Position numbers and translations under genes: made by a program. This document shows, in pieces, positions 56,428 to 64,000 of a stretch of 64,000 nucleotides of DNA. The stretch comes from Desulfatiglandales bacterium (lineage in GTDB: Bacteria; Desulfobacterota; DSM-4660; Desulfatiglandales; Desulfatiglandaceae): positions 2,112,001 through 2,176,000 of the forward strand of contig OY762721.1 of assembly GCA_963666345.1 (NCBI GenBank). Direction: 5' to 3'. The notes beneath the pieces are model-generated. The model ran no database searches and had not been told where the DNA came from. It saw nothing but the letters and a program-made list of their open reading frames with translations. The stretch's first letter is position 1. Every line of letters begins with the position of its first letter.

Positions 56428-56880
56428 ATGCAACGACATTTTAATCGGGGGCATGTTTTGAAACTCATGGTAATGGATGGCCACGGTGGTGGAATAGGCG
56501 CAGCGATTATTAAAGGCTTGAGAGAGTCCATTGGTAACAATATTGAGCTCCTTGCCGTAGGCACAAACTCTATCGCAACATCAAGGATGATGAAAGCCGG
56601 TGCCAACAGGGGAGCAACAGGGCAAAACGCCGTTGTGTGGACAAGCCGTAGGGTAGGCATAATAATGGGGCCTATAGCGATCCTTATGGCAAATTCAATG
56701 ATGGGTGAAATGACGGAGTCAATGGCCTGCGCCATAAGCTCAAGCCAAGCCGTTAAAATCCTGTTGCCACTTTCTCTGGAAAGAATCAATATCGTCGGAG
56801 TTAAGGGAGAGCCGCTCCCCCACCTTGTAGATCAGGCCGTAGCCGTAGTTTCAGATCTTATGAAGGATCTTGATGCCTGA
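56428..56880 (+). CDS. DUF3842-like protein
   Basis: VMDGHGGGIG, AVGTNSIAT..M.KAGA..GATGQNA; start probably about 56458. Confidence 0.75.
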   Translation: MQRHFNRGHVLKLMVMDGHGGGIGAAIIKGLRESIGNNIELLAVGTNSIATSRMMKAGANRGATGQNAVVWTSRRVGIIMGPIAILMANSMMGEMTESMACAISSSQAVKILLPLSLERINIVGVKGEPLPHLVDQAVAVVSDLMKDLDA

Positions 56881-57083
56881 ACAGGTCTAATATCGCCCTA
56901 TATGCTGTTTAATCCTTTACGGACATCCTGAATATGAAAGCCAGGTTGGAAGTGCCGCTTACTTAACGGATTGCCAAAAAGGGCTGTAATGGGCGAACGT
57001 GGCTGAGTGGAGTTGACTTGTTCCATACCTTAAACCTTCAGGGGATAAAACCGTTCGGCTGGAGATTCTACGTGCCTTTTATC

Positions 57084-57914
57084 TCAATGGCAGGTGTATC
57101 GCCTTGTGATTTCAAGATAAAAGGCCCCCTCTTCTATCTTACCCCGCTTCAGGCATCCTTTTGAGTATATATTGCATTTGGCTTCCAGTTCTTCATAGGC
57201 GCATTCGAACTGTTTATGATCCAGTTTCCCGCTTTCCAATACCTTTACAAGCGCCCTTATCCTATAAAGGTCGATCCCGATATAGCGACCTGAGAGCTGA
57301 TCGGCCGCCCCTCCTCGCTTGATCACAAGCCTTTTGGGTATCAGGTGTACAGGGTACCTGCATGAAATCCTGAGCCACAGATCATAGTCTTCACAGGCCA
57401 GAAGTTCCTCATCAAACAGGCCTAACTCATTTATGAGATCCCTTTTAAGCATAACCGCGGAAGGGCTTACAAGGCATAGAGCGAGAGAGTGTTCGAAAAT
57501 TTCCCCGGACCTCTTTCTATGCTTTTTCATCGGATTTACTCGGACCCCGTTTCTGATCCAGACCTCTTCGGTCTGGCATATCTTGGCGTCAGGATTGGCA
57601 CTGAAAAAGTTGAGCTGCTCTTCAAGCTTTCGGGGAAGCCATAGATCGTCGGAGTCCAGAAATGATATGTAAGGGGCGCCGGCTGCCAGAATGCCCGTAT
57701 TTCTGGCAGCCGAAACGCCCTGATTAAAGGGGTGTCTGATGTATATAATATCGCCGATCAACGGGTCAAGAGCCTCCCTGGTCCCGTCGGTTGAGCCGTC
57801 ATCTACCACTATTATTTCATTTTCGTTCCGGGTCTGGGACAGTACTGATGAAATAGCCTTTATAGTATTTTCAGGTCTATTATATGTGGGTATGATCACA
57901 CTTACTTGATTCAT
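57084..57914 (-). CDS. family 2 glycosyltransferase
   Basis: VSVIIPTYNR, VVDDGSTD, FLDSDD, EDYDLWLR; start moved to 57914, overlapping the ispH stop. Confidence 0.9.
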   Translation of the reverse strand: MNQVSVIIPTYNRPENTIKAISSVLSQTRNENEIIVVDDGSTDGTREALDPLIGDIIYIRHPFNQGVSAARNTGILAAGAPYISFLDSDDLWLPRKLEEQLNFFSANPDAKICQTEEVWIRNGVRVNPMKKHRKRSGEIFEHSLALCLVSPSAVMLKRDLINELGLFDEELLACEDYDLWLRISCRYPVHLIPKRLVIKRGGAADQLSGRYIGIDLYRIRALVKVLESGKLDHKQFECAYEELEAKCNIYSKGCLKRGKIEEGAFYLEITRRYTCH

Positions 57915-59644
57915 CGAAAAAACCGCCAGATAAGGGCAATAATACCTGAAAAGATGAAATTCGCTTCGATAAGCGCCTCTAACGCGTTTCCGGGATAAAT
58001 CCAATGCCTCTCATAGGCAAGAAGACATGTCGACAAAGTAATGATAGGAAGCAGCATAACATAGGAAAAGCGACCCACAAGGCCTGTTAACGGGCCGAGG
58101 GCAAGGGTCATGGCGGTCAGTATGAGGATTATCTTCAGCAGTCGTAGTGTCTTTTCCTCGCCAAGAGTAACCGGAAGGGTTTCAGTGCCCACTATTAGAT
58201 CCCCCTGGGCCTGAAATATATCAAAGAGGGCGGATCTAACATAACTAATTAAAAAGACTACGAATATAGAGAGTAACATCGCATTCCATCGAATACTTTC
58301 GGACTCCAGGAAAGGCAGCACCGATATTACAGCGGTCCATGCAATGGCCTCCGAGAGGCTTCTTGAACCGGGTATATCCTTGATCTTCACATATCTATAT
58401 TTGCCTCTGAATCTGATAGGAAACAGGGGCATGCTGTAAAGGGCACCGAGCAGGGTCAAGCCGGCAATGGCCAGAAAGGTACTAATTCCGATATGGAAGG
58501 ATACGAAAAGGGCTATCAAAATAGAGACGGTAGCCGAGATTATAAGAGGGTTTCTGTATTTTTCCAGATAAAATGCCTTTTCGGGATCATTGTAAGCACT
58601 GGCTCCCTTGTCCAGAAAATGATTAAGTACATGCATGGCGTGTATATATAGAAACGAGAGCAGTGAAAAGGCGATCAGGGGCGGCCGGGAAAAAAGAATC
58701 GATGCGGCCAGGGTTAAACCGAAGGCGCCCGAGGCGACCAGGAAATTGCTCAAGAGAAGAAATTTGCAGACCTCCTTAAAGGTGAGGGAAAAGCTGCCCC
58801 TTGTCCTTCCTTTTATTCCTTCTATTTCCTTGACAACATTGTTTATCATCCAGTTCGGGGTGGATGCGCCGGCTGTAACCCCGATCTTCTCCATAGCGGA
58901 AAGCTCCTGCCTTTTCAGATCTTTTTCAGTTTCCACATGAAATGTCGGCAGGCCCACCTCTCTTGACAGCTCAGCCAAGCGTTGGGTATTTCCGCTGTGA
59001 TATCCTCCTACGACAACCATGGCATCGACATTCTGCGCTATGGAACGGACTTCTTCCTGGCGTTGCTGGGTCGCATCGCAGATTGTGTTGAATACGAGAA
59101 GATCAGGAAATCGGGTCTTTAGGGCGTGTATGATTTCGTCGTATTTTTTTGCATTCTGAGTTGTCTGAGCCACGACAAAGGGGTGATCGATCCGTGGAAG
59201 CCCGGATACCTCATCAATATCGCGTATGACGTTAGCAGGAGTCTCGCTGTAACCCATAAGACCAATAACCTCGGCATGATCCGGGTCTCCCACTATAATT
59301 GCGGAATGCCCCTTTCTTGTGTAGGATCTTATTATTGCCTGTACTTTTGCGACCCTGGGGCAGGTTGCATCAACTAACCTGAGCCCCATGTTTCTTATTT
59401 TTTTTCTTGATTGAGGAGGAATACCGTGAGCCCTTATCACTATGGTGCCTGATTTCAATTCCCCAAGGTTAGTGAGGGAGTGTACGCCCTTTGATGACAA
59501 TAGGTCCATTACCTGTCTATTGTGTATAAGCGGACCGTAGGTGTAGATGGGGCCGTCGTCCTTGTTGGCTTCGGTAAGCACGATTTCCATTGCCCGCCTG
59601 ACACCCATGCAGAAGCCCGCGTTTCTGGCCAGTTTTACTTTCAA
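57911..59644 (-). CDS. ispH: IspH (HMBPP reductase) fused to a UbiA-like membrane domain
   Basis: AGFCMGV, LIHN, DATCP, AQTT, NTICDAT, SGNT, TAGASTP; C-terminal multi-TM domain with GD..G..TLPV.LG. Confidence 0.9.
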   Translation of the reverse strand: MKVKLARNAGFCMGVRRAMEIVLTEANKDDGPIYTYGPLIHNRQVMDLLSSKGVHSLTNLGELKSGTIVIRAHGIPPQSRKKIRNMGLRLVDATCPRVAKVQAIIRSYTRKGHSAIIVGDPDHAEVIGLMGYSETPANVIRDIDEVSGLPRIDHPFVVAQTTQNAKKYDEIIHALKTRFPDLLVFNTICDATQQRQEEVRSIAQNVDAMVVVGGYHSGNTQRLAELSREVGLPTFHVETEKDLKRQELSAMEKIGVTAGASTPNWMINNVVKEIEGIKGRTRGSFSLTFKEVCKFLLLSNFLVASGAFGLTLAASILFSRPPLIAFSLLSFLYIHAMHVLNHFLDKGASAYNDPEKAFYLEKYRNPLIISATVSILIALFVSFHIGISTFLAIAGLTLLGALYSMPLFPIRFRGKYRYVKIKDIPGSRSLSEAIAWTAVISVLPFLESESIRWNAMLLSIFVVFLISYVRSALFDIFQAQGDLIVGTETLPVTLGEEKTLRLLKIILILTAMTLALGPLTGLVGRFSYVMLLPIITLSTCLLAYERHWIYPGNALEALIEANFIFSGIIALIWRFFR

Positions 59645-59650
59645 GTTCCT

Positions 59651-60619
59651 TTAACCCTCCAGTTTCGAAAAATATTGTTTTACGGCGCTCATCATATCTT
59701 CAAAATTCTGAATGCCCGTGAAGGTGCCCCTGAATCGGCAGCTATCAGGTAATCCTTTTGTATACCATAAAAGCAGGCCCCTCATCGCCCTTGCCGCCCT
59801 TTCCTCCCCCATGAACCGGCACAAAAGCCTGAAATGCTCCTCTATCAATGCCCTTCTTTCGGCTATTTCAGGATATGTCACTGGAATGCCACGGTTCTTG
59901 AGGGATATCTGCCTGAATATCCATGGATTTTCGACAGCCCCTCTGCCTATCATAACCCCGTCGCATCCGGTCTTCGCTCTCATATCAAATGCCAGTGAAA
60001 AGTCAAATACATCACCGTTTCCAATTACAGGGACATCAACCGTCTCTTTAAGTACTTTTATAAGGTTCCAGTCAGCCTTGCCGGAAAAACCCTGAGAAAC
60101 CGATCTGGGATGGAGTGTAATGGCATCTACCCCACAATCCTCCATTATCTGCGCCAGCCGTACGGCGGAATTATCATCTTTTGACCAGCCGGCCCGCATC
60201 TTGACGGTGAGAGGGATCTTGCAGGCCTTTCTTACCGCCAGCAATATATCTCTCACCGCAAACGGATCCCGCATAAGCGCACCTCCCGACCCGGTCTTAA
60301 GGACCTTTCTGGCCGGACATCCCATGTTGATGTCGATAACATGAGCGCCCGAGGCCTCGGTGATTTTGGCCGCTTCAGCCATGATTTCCGGTTTGGAACC
60401 GAATAGCTGAACTGACAGGGGGGTTTCCGCAGGATCAGTTTTGAGGTAATTCAAGGTCTTTTTATGAGCCCTTGTCAGCCCGGCTGCGCTGACCATTTCG
60501 CTTGTTACCAGACCTGCGCCCATTTTTCTGACTATGACACGGAATGGAAGATTTGTTATGCCGGCCATAGGAGCCATGACGGCCCAGCTGTCGAGATTCA
60601 GTTTGCCTATCGAAAGCAT
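59651..60619 (-). CDS. dusB: tRNA-dihydrouridine synthase B
   Basis: APMAGIT, QLFGS, DINMGCP, VKMR, GNGDV, MIGRG. Confidence 0.9.
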   Translation of the reverse strand: MLSIGKLNLDSWAVMAPMAGITNLPFRVIVRKMGAGLVTSEMVSAAGLTRAHKKTLNYLKTDPAETPLSVQLFGSKPEIMAEAAKITEASGAHVIDINMGCPARKVLKTGSGGALMRDPFAVRDILLAVRKACKIPLTVKMRAGWSKDDNSAVRLAQIMEDCGVDAITLHPRSVSQGFSGKADWNLIKVLKETVDVPVIGNGDVFDFSLAFDMRAKTGCDGVMIGRGAVENPWIFRQISLKNRGIPVTYPEIAERRALIEEHFRLLCRFMGEERAARAMRGLLLWYTKGLPDSCRFRGTFTGIQNFEDMMSAVKQYFSKLEG

Positions 60620-60734
60620 AAGAAATTATCAAAAAAATTTGAATTTTTTAGTTGCACGATTGTCCTACAGGGCCTGAAAAGATTCATCAAAAAGAGATTA
60701 AAACCGGTAGGAAAATATAGCCGCCTTGATAATT

Positions 60735-61412
60735 TTAACAAGGAGCATCAGCATGAACAGTAAGACTCTGTCCGGAATTCCTTTTGGAGATAAGAGCACT
60801 TACCGGGCAGGCCTTTATACATTCAAGACATCCCGCGCATGGCAGATCAGTCACCTCTTCTTCACCGTAAAAGGAAACGACCGTGTTCAATCCCCTTCCT
60901 GCAAAGGCAAGAAAGGATTTTCCCTGCGCCATCCGGCAGGCATGAATGCATCTGCCGCATAAGACGCAACGGCTGGAGATATATTCAAGTACAGGGTGGT
61001 TTTCATCCGTTTCGCCCTCTTTTATATGATGCTCCAGGTTCTTCTGTTTGAGGCCCACCTTTAAAAAGGCCGCCATCTTCTGAAGCGGGCAGTTTTTGTT
61101 GGAAGGGCAGGATCTGCAATCGACATTGTGATCGGAAAGAAGAAGCCTGAGGGCGGAACGCTGAAGCCTTCTGACTGCAGGAGAATCGGTTTTTACAACC
61201 ATCCCGTCTTTTACCCTTGTGGTACAGGAGGTAACCGGGCCCTGAATTCCCTCAATTTCAACAAAACAGAGCCTGCAGGAGGCAGGTGGAAATTCAAGCC
61301 CTTCAACATAACAGAGATTCGGTATATAGATATCATTTTGAAGACAGGTCAAAAGGAGGTTGCTTTCCTCATTCGCCTCAATTTGCCTATCGTCTACAAG
61401 CAGTCTGGCCAT
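60735..61412 (-). CDS. HoxU/NuoG-N-terminal-like Fe-S subunit
   Basis: IPNLC, SCRLC.VE, HNVDC..C.....C, CVLCGRC, CAGCLEC..CPV; no catalytic domain. Confidence 0.85.
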   Translation of the reverse strand: MARLLVDDRQIEANEESNLLLTCLQNDIYIPNLCYVEGLEFPPASCRLCFVEIEGIQGPVTSCTTRVKDGMVVKTDSPAVRRLQRSALRLLLSDHNVDCRSCPSNKNCPLQKMAAFLKVGLKQKNLEHHIKEGETDENHPVLEYISSRCVLCGRCIHACRMAQGKSFLAFAGRGLNTVVSFYGEEEVTDLPCAGCLECIKACPVSALISKRNSGQSLTVHADAPC

Positions 61413-61490
61413 GTATACACCCTGTATTTAGTTATAGAAATCAGCTCCCTTTGAGCGGGGCCTGTTTTATCTTATTGTAACATATTGTTT

Positions 61491-63431
61491 TCATGACATT
61501 TTTTCAGGTCTTTCAATAACCGGCACAAGATGAGCAGGGGAGACCCGTTTTACCGCATTATATTCTTCAGGGCATGCGGCCACACATTCTCCGCATTTAA
61601 CACACAAGATCTGATCGACGCCCTTTTTCCTTTCCTTGGTCGTAAAGATGGCTTCAACCGGACAGCTTCCCACGCAGGCATCACATCCTCTTGCACAAAG
61701 ATCCAGATCAATGTAATAGGCTGTCAGTGCCCTGCAATTTCCAGCAGGACAGCGCCTTTCTCTCACATGAGCCTCATATTCATCCTTGAAATATCTTAGC
61801 GTGGTTAGCACCGGATTCGGAGCTGTCCTACCCAGGCCGCAGAGAGAGCCTTCCTTTATTTCCCGGCTCAGTTCTTCAAGCTGAACCAGATCCTCCTCTT
61901 TTCCCTCACCTTTTGTAACCCTTTCAAGGATTGAGAGGAGCTGATATGTGCCGATCCTGCAGAAGGTACACTTGCCGCATGATTCCTTTTGCGTAAAATC
62001 GAGGAAATATCTGGATACGTCCACTACGCAGGAATCCTCATCCATTACGACCATGCCGCCTGAACCCATCATCGCCCCGGCATGGGAAAGGGAGTCAAAA
62101 TCGATAGGTGTATCAAGAAATTCTTCAGGCAGGCAACCGCCCGAGGGTCCGCCGATCTGGACGGCCTTGAAACCCTTTCGGTGGGGTATTCCACCGCAGA
62201 CATCGAAAATGAGATCGCGCAGTGTGACACCCATCGGAATCTCTACCAGGCCCGGGTGGATTACATTACCCACCACCGAGAATATGGCCGTGCCAGGGCT
62301 GCTGTCTGTTCCAATCTGTCTAAACCAGTCCGCACCATTTTCCAAAATTGCGGGAACGGTGGCGAAGGTCTTTACGTTGTTTATAACCGTAGGCATTCCC
62401 ATAAGCCCCTTTTCAACCGGGTAAGGCGGCCTGATACTGGGCATGCCCCTTCTTCCCTCAATTGATCGCATAAGGGCGGTTTCCTCTCCGCAGACAAAAG
62501 CCCCTGAACCCTGAAAAAGTTCGATTTCCAGGTCAAAACTGCTTCCTAAAATGCCTTTGCCTAAAATGCCGAGCTCCTTTGCCTGTCCAATTGCATTTGC
62601 AACCATTTTTACCGCAAGCGGGTATTCGGCCCTGACATAGACGATCGCCTTTTTTGCCCCAATTGCGTATGCGCCTAATGCAATTCCTTCGATGACCTGA
62701 TGAGGGTTACTCTCAAGGATGGTCCTGTCCATGTAGGCACCTGGGTCTCCTTCATCCGCATTACAGATAATAAATCTTTCCTTGCCCGGGGCATTAGCCG
62801 CGATTTCCCATTTTTTGGCGGTAGGAAAACCTGCCCCCCCCCTTCCCCTCAGACCGGATTCTTTTACTTCTTCAATCACCTGTTCCCGGTCTTTGCCGAT
62901 CGTGTCGGCAAAAGAGGCATAACCACCTTCAGCTATGTATTCATAGATATTTTCAGGATCGATTCGCCCGCATTTTTCCATCACGATCCTTTTTTCCAGG
63001 TTGAACCTGGGAAAATCCATGACAGAGGGTATCAAATCGTTTTCAACCAGGGCCCCTAGTACATGCTCAAAGAGCGGGTCGCCATCTTTGAGAAATGATT
63101 TGACCAGCATATTGGCCTTGCCCGGAGTCACATTATGGTAAAAGATAGGGGGGAAGCCGGATTCGCAATGATCTATGATTACGACAGGTTCTGCATAGCA
63201 ATGCCCCACGCAGCCTACCTGATGTATCCTGGCATCCACTCCCTGTTCAGCCAAGGAGTCCTCAAATGCCTTCTTTGTTTCAAGCGCTCCGGAGGCTATA
63301 CCGCAGGTAGCCATGCCGATATCGATCCTTATCTTTGATTCAGCCTTAGAGGCATTTACCCTCTTTTCAGCTTCATCCAGGATCTCCCTGAATTTTTCTT
63401 TCACCTCGTTTTCCGTATCATTTTGGCTCAT
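61491..63431 (-). CDS. NuoF/HoxF/HydB-like FMN- and NADH-binding subunit
   Basis: SGLRGRGGAGFP, NADEGDPGA, GAFVCGEETAL, ESCGKCTFC; N-terminal [2Fe-2S] and C-terminal ferredoxin domains. Confidence 0.92.
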   Translation of the reverse strand: MSQNDTENEVKEKFREILDEAEKRVNASKAESKIRIDIGMATCGIASGALETKKAFEDSLAEQGVDARIHQVGCVGHCYAEPVVIIDHCESGFPPIFYHNVTPGKANMLVKSFLKDGDPLFEHVLGALVENDLIPSVMDFPRFNLEKRIVMEKCGRIDPENIYEYIAEGGYASFADTIGKDREQVIEEVKESGLRGRGGAGFPTAKKWEIAANAPGKERFIICNADEGDPGAYMDRTILESNPHQVIEGIALGAYAIGAKKAIVYVRAEYPLAVKMVANAIGQAKELGILGKGILGSSFDLEIELFQGSGAFVCGEETALMRSIEGRRGMPSIRPPYPVEKGLMGMPTVINNVKTFATVPAILENGADWFRQIGTDSSPGTAIFSVVGNVIHPGLVEIPMGVTLRDLIFDVCGGIPHRKGFKAVQIGGPSGGCLPEEFLDTPIDFDSLSHAGAMMGSGGMVVMDEDSCVVDVSRYFLDFTQKESCGKCTFCRIGTYQLLSILERVTKGEGKEEDLVQLEELSREIKEGSLCGLGRTAPNPVLTTLRYFKDEYEAHVRERRCPAGNCRALTAYYIDLDLCARGCDACVGSCPVEAIFTTKERKKGVDQILCVKCGECVAACPEEYNAVKRVSPAHLVPVIERPEKMS

Positions 63432-63948
63432 TTTGCCGGTCTTCTCTTTCCTTTTTTTCCTTTTCTATTTCATAACCGAGTAGGATTCCTTCAACCTTAC
63501 TGGGGGCCATATTACCATGCACTGTTTCATCGACAATGGCAACCGGGGCAAGGGCACAGCAGCCTACGCAGGCGACCCGTTCAATGCTGAACTCACGGTC
63601 TTCAGTTGTCTCTCCATCCCTTATGTCCAGTTTTCTTTCAAAGTTTTCAAGGATAATGTCTCCCCCCTTCACATGGCAGGCGGTACCGAGACAAACCTTT
63701 ATGGGATGTTTACCCGGCGGATTAAAGCGGAACTGATTGTAAAAGGTTGCTACCCCGTAAACCTCGCAGGTCTGCAAATCAAAATGGACTGCAGCCATGT
63801 TAAAGGCAAAGGGAGGTAGATAGGAGTGTGTTTTCTGAATGGTCTGAAGAAGGGGGATAAGGCTTCCTCTTTCATTATCAAAAGATGCGATTATTTGACT
63901 AATATCATCCCTTATTTTTTCCTCATCCCATTGCTGCTCCTCATCCAT
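63418..63948 (-). CDS. NuoE/HoxE/HydC-like [2Fe-2S] subunit
   Basis: LIPLLQ, VATFY, VCLGTACHVKG, CVGCCALAP; GGAGG RBS. Confidence 0.92.
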   Translation of the reverse strand: MDEEQQWDEEKIRDDISQIIASFDNERGSLIPLLQTIQKTHSYLPPFAFNMAAVHFDLQTCEVYGVATFYNQFRFNPPGKHPIKVCLGTACHVKGGDIILENFERKLDIRDGETTEDREFSIERVACVGCCALAPVAIVDETVHGNMAPSKVEGILLGYEIEKEKKEREDRQNEPK

Positions 63949-64000
63949 TTGAGCCTCCTCTGTTTTCGCTTTATTGTTCGATTCGCCGAAAGTGCACCTT

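Noticed and set aside
56881..57083. Possible ncRNA between convergent genes
   Set aside because: No recognisable structure or promoter/terminator pair

Overview
Chromosomal replication-origin region of an anaerobic Desulfobacterota-type bacterium (inferred from gene content). Left to right: rlmD, rpsU, qrcABCD plus an unlisted 53-aa membrane ORF, nadB, a HAD hydrolase, a type IV pilus cluster (HTH-pilMNOP-unknown-pilQ-TPR pilotin-serine protease), lepB, NUDIX, pyruvate:ferredoxin oxidoreductase, surE, a GAF histidine kinase, an Mrp/NifB-NifX/NifU Fe-S cluster, the Wood-Ljungdahl CODH/ACS operon, then dnaA-oriC-dnaN-gyrB-gyrA-gpsA, a second convergent dnaA, ddl, parS-parA-parB, plsY, a GT2, an IspH-UbiA fusion, dusB and NuoE/F/G-like diaphorase genes. 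No rRNA, intact tRNA, CRISPR array, integrase or transposase was seen. The best candidate for an undescribed system is the pair of full-length DnaA paralogs with different AAA+ degeneracies, one carrying an Hda-like beta-clamp-binding motif (QLTLP). Also notable are tandem NrdR-like boxes before the acs and pil operons, a candidate fifth Qrc subunit, and several MITE-like inverted-repeat elements. All calls come from reading motifs by eye; no searches were run.
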